27,322 bases of DNA from an uncultured Bacteroidales bacterium (GTDB taxonomy: Bacteria > Bacteroidota > Bacteroidia > Bacteroidales > GCA-2748055), in NCBI GenBank assembly GCA_965369105.1, contig CBDUPM010000001.1:1-27322 (forward strand), written 5' to 3'. The position numbers and the translations under genes were made by a program. The notes beneath the pieces are model-generated. The model was not told the DNA's origin. It saw only the letters and a list, made by a program, of their open reading frames with translations, and ran no database searches. Below are positions 1 through 9,009 of this stretch, piece after piece. How positions within the stretch are numbered: position 1 is the stretch's first letter; every line of letters begins with the position of its first letter.

Positions 1-1
1 T

Positions 2-1324
2 ACCTGGGTATTAAGCAGAAACTACCTGAATAATATTTCATATAAGTTTCAGGGAAATAATGAGAATCTGCCTAAAACACTGGATTTCGATTCAGATGAG
101 ATTGAAAATAAATTTCGTTATGAAAGTTTTACCCAGTATAAAAATGGTCTTCGTTTGAATTTCGGCGGAAATTTTGAATATGCCAAGTATTACAATTCCA
201 CTTTTAACAGTACATTCATCAACGGAGCACCTTTTATAGTAAACTATGAAACCGATCTCAAACTTTTTAAATGGGGGCTGTTCACTCAGTTAACAGAAGA
301 GTTCCTGAAGGACAGGCTTACATTGTCACTGGGGATCAGAATGGACGCCAATAATTTCAGTGATGAAATGTCAAATATGCTGGAACAGTTTTCTCCCAGA
401 TTTTCTGCTTCCTACCGGTTGACCAACAATTTCTTCGTAAATATGAATACCGGGAGATATTTCCAGGCACCTCCTTATACCACGCTCGGGTTCAGAAATG
501 ATTCGGGTGGTTTGGTTAACAAGGAAAACAAACTGAAATATATAAGTGCAGATCATTTGGTAGCAGGAATTGAATGGCTTCCGGATGATAAATCAAGGCT
601 GACTGTGGAAGGATTTTTTAAGTATTACCGGAATTATCCTTACAGTGTAAATGATTCAGTTTCTATTTCAAGTAAGGGTGCCGACTTTGGCACCTTTGGT
701 GATGAGGAAGTTCAGTCGATTGCTGAAGGAAGAGCTTATGGGATGGAAATACTATACCGAAACCGTGACTTTCTTGGAACAAACATTACCCTTTCTTATA
801 CCCTTGTCAGAAGCCAGGCAGAAGCATTCCGTACTGAAATTGGAAATGGAGACAAATGGATTTCAACCGCCTGGGATAACCGGCATTTGTTAAATTTACT
901 GGCTATTCGTGAATTCAAAAAGAACTGGCGGGTAGGGGCGAAATGGAGATTTGTCGGGGGAGTTCCATTTACTCCTTTTGATAAATTGCAATCCTCCTAC
1001 AAACAACAATGGGATGTAAGAAGAATTGGAATACTCGATTATAACCGTTTTAACCAGGAACGGCTGGATGCATTTCACCAGCTCGATTTGAGGGTGGATA
1101 AAGAATTTTTTCTAAAAAAACTGAGTTTGAATTTTTATCTTGACGTTCAAAATGTATATAACTTTAAAGCTGATCAACAGAAAGTTCTTATCTTAAGTGA
1201 GGATGCAGAGCCACAAATTTTAAATCCTGGTGCGCCTGAATCAGAACAAAGATATAACCTGACAGAACTTGCAGTTGAAGGAGGAACGATTTTGCCCACA
1301 ATTGGCATCATCATTCAGTTTTAA
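2..1324 (+). CDS. TonB-dependent receptor, C-terminal beta-barrel part (5'-truncated by window edge)
   Basis: Frame 2 is open from base 2 (TWVLSRNYLNNISYK...), so the gene starts upstream of the window. Amphipathic beta-strand pattern, TBDR-like motifs (SPRFSASY, GRYFQAP, GRAYGMEI, YLDVQNVYN) and C-terminal Phe (IGIIIQF*). Confidence 0.88.
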   Translation, partial: TWVLSRNYLNNISYKFQGNNENLPKTLDFDSDEIENKFRYESFTQYKNGLRLNFGGNFEYAKYYNSTFNSTFINGAPFIVNYETDLKLFKWGLFTQLTEEFLKDRLTLSLGIRMDANNFSDEMSNMLEQFSPRFSASYRLTNNFFVNMNTGRYFQAPPYTTLGFRNDSGGLVNKENKLKYISADHLVAGIEWLPDDKSRLTVEGFFKYYRNYPYSVNDSVSISSKGADFGTFGDEEVQSIAEGRAYGMEILYRNRDFLGTNITLSYTLVRSQAEAFRTEIGNGDKWISTAWDNRHLLNLLAIREFKKNWRVGAKWRFVGGVPFTPFDKLQSSYKQQWDVRRIGILDYNRFNQERLDAFHQLDLRVDKEFFLKKLSLNFYLDVQNVYNFKADQQKVLILSEDAEPQILNPGAPESEQRYNLTELAVEGGTILPTIGIIIQF

Positions 1325-1347
1325 TTTGAAGCAAATATTTAAAAAAC

Positions 1348-2091
1348 ATGGATATGAAATACCCGGCAATTATTTTTATCAGCATGATGTTTTTTACTTA
1401 CTCATGCAAAAGTAAAAAGATACAGGAGCTTCCTCCTGAACAGTTTTCTTCCAATCTTAATGGGAAAGGCCAGGAAATGGTTATCGAATTCAAGAAGGGG
1501 GAGGAACATAATCATCCCTTAATGGCCATCTGGGTTGAGGATTTGAATGGTAATTTCATTCAGAACCTTTATATTACCCGGTCGATAGCAACAGGGGTTT
1601 TTGGTCATGGCGATTCCAGCCAGGGAGTATGGAAACCGGGCAAAATCCGAAGACCTGCAGCTCTTCCTGTCTGGGCACATAAAAGAGGTATTATGGCCGG
1701 AGATGGTCTTTTCATTCCGGATGAAAACAGTCAGGTGGCTGATGCTTATTCAGGAGCAACCCCCTGGGGCGATTTTCTGCTTAAAACTAGATTGGATGAA
1801 AGCTTGAGCGGAAAAATCAGTGTGCGATTTGAAATTAATCAAACCTGGGACTGGAATGAATACTGGACCAATAATAAGTATCCGGAAAATGAAGAGTATA
1901 AAACCTCCTGCCAGCCGGCCCTGGTGTATGAAGCAATTGTAGATCTGGATTCCGAAACTTTGATTTATCCAATGAAGGTTTTGGGTCACAGTCATTATGC
2001 AGGGGAGAACGGAGAAATCTATACAGATCTCAGTACGATTACAACTGCGCTGGAAATTGTTAAAGAGCTTACCGTAAAACTGGAAAATTGA
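1348..2091 (+). CDS. DUF2271-like lipoprotein with candidate flavinylation motif
   Basis: Signal peptide II (FFTYS-C; alternative ATG at 1354). The segment MAIWVEDLNGNFIQNLYIT resembles the DUF2271 hallmark, and DAYSGATP is encoded from 1741. Lies 23 bp after the TBDR on the same strand. Confidence 0.6.
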   Translation: MDMKYPAIIFISMMFFTYSCKSKKIQELPPEQFSSNLNGKGQEMVIEFKKGEEHNHPLMAIWVEDLNGNFIQNLYITRSIATGVFGHGDSSQGVWKPGKIRRPAALPVWAHKRGIMAGDGLFIPDENSQVADAYSGATPWGDFLLKTRLDESLSGKISVRFEINQTWDWNEYWTNNKYPENEEYKTSCQPALVYEAIVDLDSETLIYPMKVLGHSHYAGENGEIYTDLSTITTALEIVKELTVKLEN

Positions 2092-2117
2092 GAGTTTTCT
2101 GATGAAATCCTTAAATG

Positions 2118-2151
2118 AAGGCCCTTTCAATAAAAACTAAATAAGGGCCTT
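2118..2151. terminator. Stem-loop after the TBDR/lipoprotein pair (possible terminator)
   Basis: AAGGCCCTT (2118-2126) is the reverse complement of AAGGGCCTT (2143-2151), with a 16-nt loop followed by AGTTTT. The U-tract is imperfect. Confidence 0.45.
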
Positions 2152-2460
2152 AGTTTTAATATCATTTTCAATTTTTATCTTTACCTCCTGATGATGGGAA
2201 GTTCATTTCGCAATATTTAACATATTTAGGCTATTTGAGAACCTTTTTTTCAGATTAAACGTTAACTGTATAAGTATTTTAAAACCAAGGCTTAAGATAT
2301 GCATCAGTCTTCGTTGCTTTAGTCAGGTATCCATATGAATACCAGTACAATAAAAAAGTTGGTTTTCCTGATTATAATCTGATTTAAGAGAACTTTTAAC
2401 CGGAGCTTTTACTTTTATTAAGGATAATATTAATATTTGGTTTTGATTAAAAACAGAGAT

Positions 2461-4722
2461 ATGAAATTTAGTGATGAGCAAAAGCTGAAAAATCTTCTGG
2501 AAACATCTTCTAACCTTTTTTATCAGCACGATACAAATCATGTAATAACATATCTGTCTCCGCAGATTAAGGAAATTCTGGGTTATGAGGTTCATGAAGC
2601 GATGATAAAGTGGACGGAATTAGTTTCAGATAATCCAATAAATGAAGTAGGTTATAAAAATACCCTGAAAGCTATAAAAACAGGGGAAAAGCAGGATCCA
2701 TATGAACTCGAACTGTTTCATAAGTCTGGGAAGAAAATCTGGGTTGAAGTCCGGGAAGTCCCCATATTAAAGGATGGAAAAACCATTTCAATTGTTGGAA
2801 CTCTAAATGATATTACCAAAAGAAAGATAAATCATATAAAGCTTAAAGACAGTGAAGAAAAGCATCGGATTCTTTTTGAAAATGTTGAAGCAGGAATAGG
2901 CTATTACGATTTAAACGGGAATGTTATTCTATATAATAAACTTGCAGCCAAACGCTTAGGGGGAAAGCCGAAGGATTTTATAGGCAGGAATCTTAAAGAT
3001 TTATTTAAACCGGAGCTTGCGGAAATAATATTAAAAAGAATTCATAAAACGGCTGCTTCATGCAAAAGCAAAGAATATAATGATGAGATTTTATTACCCA
3101 TTGGAAAAAAATACTTTCTCTCTGCTTACTCATGTACCCGGGATATTTCAAAAAGAATCACCGGAGTCCAGATTATTTCAACTGACATAACAGAGTTAAG
3201 AATTGCTGAAGAAAAACTTAAAGAAAGTGACCGTATTTTCAGGTCTTATTTCAATTCGAATCCGGTTCCTACTTTTGTATGGTTATATAAAGATAATCAA
3301 TTTCAGCTCATCGATTTAAATGAATCAAGCATTAGAATGAGCAATGGAAAAGCAAAGCAATTATTAGGATTGTCAAGCAGCGAAGTATACCCTGAGATGC
3401 CAGAGATTCATGAAAAACTTTTAGAATGCACCAGCTTAAATAAAGTTTTGGAATTCGAATTGAATTATCAATTACGATCTGCAGGTAGAACGGAATGGGT
3501 AAATTTTAAACTGGTTCCAATAGACCAGGAAAAAGTTCTGATGTATTCTGAAATGATCACCAGCCAGAAAGAAGCGGAATTGGCATTGATTAAAGCCAAG
3601 AATAAAGCCGAAGAGTCGGACCAACTGAAAACAGCCTTTTTATCCAATATGAGTCATGAGATCCGTACTCCAATGAATGGTATTCTCGGGTTTACTGAAT
3701 TACTGGAAAACCCTGAGCTTAGCCTTCATAAGCAACATGAATTCATTGAAATTATAAGAAAAAGCGGAAATCGGATGCTAAATACAGTGAATGACATCAT
3801 TGATATTTCGAAACTGGATTCCGGCCAGGTAGAAATTGTTTACAACAGGCTTAATCTGGTCCATGAGTTAGAGGCCCTCCACAGTTTCTTTAAACCTGAA
3901 GCCGAGAAAAAAAATCTTGGTTTTAATTTAAAGCTTTCCCTTTCCAAAACGGATTCTCATATTGAAACTGACCATGGAAAGTTAATCTCTATTATCACAA
4001 ATCTTATTAAAAATGCAATAAAATTTACTGATGAGGGAATCATAGATATATTCTGCCAGAGGATGGATGATAAGTTGGTTTTTAAAATTAAAGATACCGG
4101 TATCGGGATTCCCCCTGACCGCCATGAGGCCATTTTTGAAAGGTTCCAGCAGGCAGATATTCATGATTACAGCGCAAGAGAAGGATCAGGGCTGGGGCTG
4201 TCGATAGCCAAATCCTATGTAGAGCTTTTAGGTGGAGAAATAAACTTACAATCCAAATGGAATGAAGGAAGTGAATTCTCTTTTACCATTCCATGGAGAG
4301 AAAGTAAAGCAGGAATTCACTATCCCGAAAGTCATTATGACCCGGGAGATTCAAAAGAAAAATGGAACATTCTTATTGTAGAAGATGATCAAACCAGTTA
4401 TGAGCACCTCCAAATTGTTCTGGAGGATCATTCTAAATCTGTGTTCTGGGCCAAATCAGGGGAGTAGGCAATAAGAAAATTCAGCGATCACCCTGAAATC
4501 CAGATCATACTCATGGATGTTAAAATGCCGGGAATTAGTGGATACGAAGCAACGTTAAAGATCAGGGAAAAGAACAAGGATGTTATCATCATTGCTCAGA
4601 CGGCCTATGCCCTCGAAGGAGAAAGGGAAAAGGCATTGAAAGCAGGTTGCAATGAGTATATTTCAAAACCTATCAATCGTGAAAAGCTGTTAAGGATGGT
4701 GTATCAATTAGCAAAAAGATAG
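2461..4722 (+). pseudogene. Cytoplasmic triple-PAS hybrid sensor histidine kinase/receiver, interrupted by an in-frame TAG at 4465-4467
   Basis: Three PAS-like repeats and no TM segment. H-box FLSNMSHEIRTPMNG, N-box NLIKNAIKFT, G1 DTGIGI, G2 GSGLGLSI. The receiver starts NILIVEDD and continues in the same frame after the stop (KSGE*AIRKFSDHPEIQIILMDVKMPG...AQTAYA...YISKP). ATG 2461 preferred over TTG 2437. Confidence 0.85.
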
Positions 4723-4729
4723 GAAATTA

Positions 4730-5965
4730 TCAATTCCTTCCGGAATTCTTTTTATACCCCCCCTTTTTCTTATTATAAAACTTCTTTTTTCCGCCCCTCC
4801 TTTCAGGTCCGGGGTTCCATTCAGGACTTTCAGCAATTTCAGACGGGGTGTTTAATTTATAAATTTCAGCTTCAATAAGTTTTTCAATCTGGCTGAACTT
4901 TTCCATATCATAAGGACTGATCAAAGTAAGTGCCACTCCGCTTCCCTTAGCCCTGGCAGTTCTTCCAACCCGGTGTACATAGTCTTCTGCATCACCCGGC
5001 ACATCAAAATTAATTATAAGATCAATATCTTTGATATCAATTCCCCGGCTCATAACATCGGTAGCTACCAGGATGCGGGTAGTTTTTGCACGGAATCCTA
5101 ATAAGACTTCTTCCCTTTGGCTTTGCTCAAGATCAGAAGAAATACCTTCCACATTTTTTTCTGTTTTCTTTAAAGTCCTGGTTAAATCAGCAACCTTTTT
5201 TTTGGTAGAACAGAAAATTAAAATGCTTTTGTAATCCGGTTTATCATTAATTAGATAGGAAACCAGGTCATTTTTGGCAGGTTCATAACACAGGTAAGCC
5301 GCCTGAAGGACTCCATCAGCCGGTTTGGCGATCCCAAAATTAAGCTCCTCCTGATCTTTCATTATGGTGCTGGCCAGGGTTCTTATTTTCGGTGGCATGG
5401 TGGCTGAAAACATTAAGGTCTGCCTGCTTTTGGGCAAATAAGTGATAATTTTTGAAATATCCTCGATAAAGCCCATATCCAGCATTCTGTCAGCTTCATC
5501 CAGTACCAGGTGCTCAACCCCTGAGAAATTGACGTATCCAAGATCCAGGTGTGCCATCAGTTTGCCGGGAGTGGCCACAACAAAATGAGTACCGGTAGTA
5601 AGGGCTGTTTTTTGCTGATCCCAGTCACTTCCATCTGTCCCTCCATACAGTGCAATGGAATTTACAGGAGCAAAATAAGCAAGACCCTGTATTTGCTGAT
5701 CAATCTGAATGGCAAGTTCCCGGGTTGGGACGATAATCAGGGTATTGACACTTTTCAGATCCATCCCGGCTATTTTATTCAGGATAGGAATGACAAAAGC
5801 AGCAGTTTTACCGGTCCCGGTTTGTGCGCAGGCAATCAGGTCCCTGTTTTCAAGAATTACAGGGATAGCCTTTTCCTGGACGGGTGTGGCTTCTTCAAAT
5901 CCCATATAGGATATTGCTTCCAGGATATCATCAGATAAATTGAGTTCGGAAAATTTTATTGGCAT
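4730..5965 (-). CDS. DEAD-box ATP-dependent RNA helicase
   Basis: Q motif (GFEEATPVQ), AQTGTGKT, PTRELA, TPG, DEAD, SAT, RGID, HRVGRTAR; basic Lys/Gly-rich C-terminal tail. Confidence 0.96.
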   Translation of the reverse strand: MPIKFSELNLSDDILEAISYMGFEEATPVQEKAIPVILENRDLIACAQTGTGKTAAFVIPILNKIAGMDLKSVNTLIIVPTRELAIQIDQQIQGLAYFAPVNSIALYGGTDGSDWDQQKTALTTGTHFVVATPGKLMAHLDLGYVNFSGVEHLVLDEADRMLDMGFIEDISKIITYLPKSRQTLMFSATMPPKIRTLASTIMKDQEELNFGIAKPADGVLQAAYLCYEPAKNDLVSYLINDKPDYKSILIFCSTKKKVADLTRTLKKTEKNVEGISSDLEQSQREEVLLGFRAKTTRILVATDVMSRGIDIKDIDLIINFDVPGDAEDYVHRVGRTARAKGSGVALTLISPYDMEKFSQIEKLIEAEIYKLNTPSEIAESPEWNPGPERRGGKKKFYNKKKGGYKKNSGRN

Positions 5966-5974
5966 TAATTTATT

Positions 5975-6313
5975 TTAATCAGTTTTGGGCAAATATCGGT
6001 TTTTATCTGCGAAGAAATCCATTAGCCAGGTCTTTTTTTTGAATGTAGCTGAATGAAGCACACCCTCAGGGATAAAATAAGAATCACCTTTTTTAAAGGT
6101 CCTTGTTTTCCCCCCGATTGTCAATTCCATTTCACCTTCAAAAACCGTTCCCCATTGTGCTCCGTGTTTATGTTCCGCTACACCGCCGATAGCCTCAATT
6201 TCAAAAAAAACTATCTGGTGATCGTCTGATTGGGAGAGCCAGCCCTTTACTCCTTCAAAAGGAATGTCTGCTTCCGGAAGCCCGGTAATGGTTTCGGGAT
6301 AAAAATCGTTCAT
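5975..6313 (-). CDS. Cupin domain protein
   Basis: HKHGAQWGTVFEGEMELTIGG...GDSYFIPEGVLHSA cupin metal-binding pattern (H-x-H-x2-Q...H). Start at 6313 or 6319, because the promoter motif at 6334-6341 lies downstream of the ORF-track ATG at 6352. Confidence 0.85.
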   Translation of the reverse strand: MNDFYPETITGLPEADIPFEGVKGWLSQSDDHQIVFFEIEAIGGVAEHKHGAQWGTVFEGEMELTIGGKTRTFKKGDSYFIPEGVLHSATFKKKTWLMDFFADKNRYLPKTD

Positions 6314-6333
6314 AATCATAGAAATTTTCAGTG

Positions 6334-6341
6334 CAAAGGTA
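6334..6341 (-). promoter_or_regulatory. Bacteroidota housekeeping promoter -7 element (TACCTTTG) for cupin-helicase
   Basis: CAAAGGTA on + reads TACCTTTG on -, an exact TAnnTTTG match 15-21 nt upstream of the cupin start. No clear -33 TTTG. Confidence 0.6.
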
Positions 6342-6581
6342 TTCAAATACATTGATTTTTAAACTAAACATTATTTATGTTTGATGTGTATTGAAAATGT
6401 GAAGCTTTTCTTACTATTTAAGGAGGTTTAAAAGACTTCTGATTTCATGAATCCCGGATCCTCACCTAACTTTTATGCTGGTCTGCATGAATTCAAATCA
6501 GAATCTGCATTTATCAACAACTTGGAAATTTTGGTTTTTTCAATTGAAGAATAGTTTATTAGATTCCTGAAAAATGATTTC

Positions 6582-7349
6582 TCATGATTCTTTATAAAAA
6601 TCTTCCTGATGGGTTTCTGATAAATCCAAAATAAGCTCAGACAACTTATCGAGCACTGCCTTAAAATACTTTTCACCCTTTTCAGCACTTGCTTTTTTAG
6701 GATTGCCGATGCCGGTATCTTTGGAAACCGAGCTCCATTTTCTTTCTGACCAGGCCCAGCTTTCATTTAATGCGGGAATTTTAAAGCTTTTTGATTTTCC
6801 GTCACCAGCCTCCTCGCGGGACAATACAAGATCAGGATACAAATATAACATCAGGCTGGTTTCCATTTCGTCTGCATGATCTCCTTCCATTTCAAAATAC
6901 AATGATTTATCAACCGATTGATACCAATTGCAGCAAACCAGAGTCATATCCTGATATTGGCTTCCTATCTCTCTCAGGATCTGCTTAAAATCGTTTCCTC
7001 CATGACTGTTTATTATCAAAAACTTTTTTATTCCTGAATGATACACCGATTCAATTACATCCTGAAGGATCATATGTTGTGTACTGGGATTTAAGTTTAT
7101 GGTGAGCGGGATGTCCTTTTGACCGGTATTCACGCCAAAAGGAATGCATGGAAGCAGAATAGCCTTTGCTCCCCGGGAGTTTGCCAGTTTTACGGATTCT
7201 GAACCAAACACTTCACTTTCAAAAATATCTGTTCCATACGGGAGATGATAATTATGAGCTTCTGTTGCTCCCCAGGCCATAACTGCCAGCTCAAAACTTT
7301 CATTTTTAATGTTTTTCCAATGAGAGATCTCCAGGATTGATGAACTCAT
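6582..7349 (-). CDS. Creatininase-family amidohydrolase
   Basis: Metal/catalytic motifs GATEAHNYHLPYGTD, INSHGGN, HADEMETS, and C-terminal TGIGNPKKASAEKGE. Confidence 0.9.
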   Translation of the reverse strand: MSSSILEISHWKNIKNESFELAVMAWGATEAHNYHLPYGTDIFESEVFGSESVKLANSRGAKAILLPCIPFGVNTGQKDIPLTINLNPSTQHMILQDVIESVYHSGIKKFLIINSHGGNDFKQILREIGSQYQDMTLVCCNWYQSVDKSLYFEMEGDHADEMETSLMLYLYPDLVLSREEAGDGKSKSFKIPALNESWAWSERKWSSVSKDTGIGNPKKASAEKGEKYFKAVLDKLSELILDLSETHQEDFYKES

Positions 7350-7435
7350 AGTTTTTTATTTTAATCGTAAATGTAGTGAATATTGTTTTTGCCTAAATCA
7401 AATCTGCTGAGAGATTAATCAAGGGGTTTTGAATT

Positions 7436-7470
7436 TTTGGTTTTTTGGTTTGAATGTTTAGCTTTAAACA
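7436..7470 (+). promoter_or_regulatory. Candidate promoter of the NSS transporter with an overlapping palindrome
   Basis: TTTG (7436-7439), 19 nt, then TAGCTTTA (7459-7466; one mismatch to TAnnTTTG). The inverted repeat TGTTTA-gctt-TAAACA (7455-7470) overlaps the -7 box. Confidence 0.45.
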
Positions 7471-7482
7471 AAGAATAAAGGG

Positions 7483-8967
7483 ATGGCTATCGATAAATCA
7501 GTAAATCAAAGGTTTTCCTCAAGGACTGGGTTATTATTGAGCGCATTAGGTATTGCGGTGGGGACCGGAAATATCTGGAGATTTCCAAGGATAGCAGCCC
7601 AGAACGGGGGAGAAGAAGGAGCCGGTGCATTGATTATTGCATGGATTGTTTTCCTGTTTTTATGGAGCATACCGCTTATCATTTCCGAATATCTTATTGG
7701 GAAAAAACACCGTTCAGGAGTGGTAGGAGCTTTTTCAAAAGGCATGGGTAAAAAATGGGCATGGATGGGAAGCTTTGTAGCCATTGTAGCCACAGCTATT
7801 AGTTTTTTTTATGCCGTAATTGTGGGTTGGTCGCTATATTATTTTATTATTTTGCTTGTCAATCCTCTACCCGCTGATGCTTCATCTGCGATTGCCATAT
7901 GGGACAATTTTCAGTCCGGATACCTTCCCTTTCTGACTCATTTAATTGCTGTAGCTCTGGGGATAATTGCCATCTCAAAAGGGATCAGGTCCATAGAAAA
8001 GGTCAATAAAATATTGATACCGGTGCTTATAGTTATCATTTTATTTGCTGTGTTCAGGGCCGTATCCCTTCCCGGTGCAGGTAAAGGCATTGCCTATCTT
8101 TTTCGTCCGGACTGGAGTCAACTAAAAGATCCACAAATATGGTTACAGGCATTAACACAAAACGCCTGGGATACCGGCGCAGGATGGGGTTTATTCATGA
8201 CTTATGCTGCCTATATGAAAATTGAGCACGGTAGTGTAAAAAATGCTTTCATTACAGGTATTGGAAATAATACGATTTCAATCCTGATGGCCATTATGAT
8301 TTTTGGAACGGTTTTTTCAGTAATGCAATCGGGGCTGGGTTACACGGATGCACAGGTATTGGAAGTTATGCAAAGATCAGGGCCTGCGAGCACCGGCCTT
8401 ACTTTTATATGGATGCCCAGGTTATTTGCTATGATGACCCTGGGTAAACCACTGGCTGTTTTGTTTTTTCTCGGACTGAGTTTTGCTGGATTTTCATCCC
8501 TGATATCCATGTTTGAACTTTCAACCCGTGTGCTGGTCGACCGGGGGATAAACCGGAAAAAGGCACTCTGGATGGTGGTTGCGGTTGCCTATATATTTGG
8601 GGTACCCTCAGCAATAAAGCTGGATATTCTTACCAACCAGGATTTTGTATGGGGATTGGGATTAATAATATCAGGAGTATTTATTGCCATACATGCTGTA
8701 AAAATGGGGCTTGAAAATTTAAAATCTCCTGATATTCTTTCGTCCTCCGACTGGAAGCTAAGAAAGATATGGGATATCCTGTTAAAATATTTTATTCCGG
8801 TTGCAGGAACGGTTTTACTTTTGTGGTGGATGTATCTTTCAGCAACTGTTTTTGCCCCCGGTGAGTGGTATAATCCTTTTAATCCCTTTAGTGTTATGAC
8901 CTGCCTGCTACAATGGGGAGGACTAATCGCAATTTTTATATTTTTCAATAAAAAGATCGCCGGTTAG
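7483..8967 (+). CDS. Sodium-dependent transporter, NSS/SNF family
   Basis: TM1 signature GIAVGTGNIWRFP followed by NGGEEGAGA; about 11-12 hydrophobic segments; QIWLQALTQNAW and GPASTGLTFIWMP. Confidence 0.93.
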   Translation: MAIDKSVNQRFSSRTGLLLSALGIAVGTGNIWRFPRIAAQNGGEEGAGALIIAWIVFLFLWSIPLIISEYLIGKKHRSGVVGAFSKGMGKKWAWMGSFVAIVATAISFFYAVIVGWSLYYFIILLVNPLPADASSAIAIWDNFQSGYLPFLTHLIAVALGIIAISKGIRSIEKVNKILIPVLIVIILFAVFRAVSLPGAGKGIAYLFRPDWSQLKDPQIWLQALTQNAWDTGAGWGLFMTYAAYMKIEHGSVKNAFITGIGNNTISILMAIMIFGTVFSVMQSGLGYTDAQVLEVMQRSGPASTGLTFIWMPRLFAMMTLGKPLAVLFFLGLSFAGFSSLISMFELSTRVLVDRGINRKKALWMVVAVAYIFGVPSAIKLDILTNQDFVWGLGLIISGVFIAIHAVKMGLENLKSPDILSSSDWKLRKIWDILLKYFIPVAGTVLLLWWMYLSATVFAPGEWYNPFNPFSVMTCLLQWGGLIAIFIFFNKKIAG

Positions 8968-9009
8968 AAAGGATATTCTTTAAGAGCAATTACAGGGCTT
9001 ACCGGAAAA

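Noticed and set aside
2186-2250. CTGATGA and GATGATGGGAAGTTCATT followed by a T7 run, resembling a hammerhead core or fluoride riboswitch; also a 9-codon ORF (MMGSSFRNI, 2191-2220)
   Set aside because: No GAAA or stem II for a hammerhead, and the loop length and 3' pseudoknot segment do not fit the crcB motif. The tiny ORF has no informative residues. An Infernal/Rfam scan would settle it.
4465-4467. TAG recoding (pyrrolysine or genetic code 15)
   Set aside because: Several complete genes in the window end properly at TAG, there are no pyl genes, and this is the only internal amber.
4513-4722. 69-aa ORF as an independent response regulator
   Set aside because: It is only the C-terminal half of the kinase's receiver, in the same frame, and lacks the first strands and acidic pocket.
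6365-6383. TAAACA-N7-TGTTTG inverted repeat upstream of the cupin, sharing half-sites with 7455-7470
   Set aside because: The half-site orientation and spacing differ, and such AT-rich hexamers are expected by chance.
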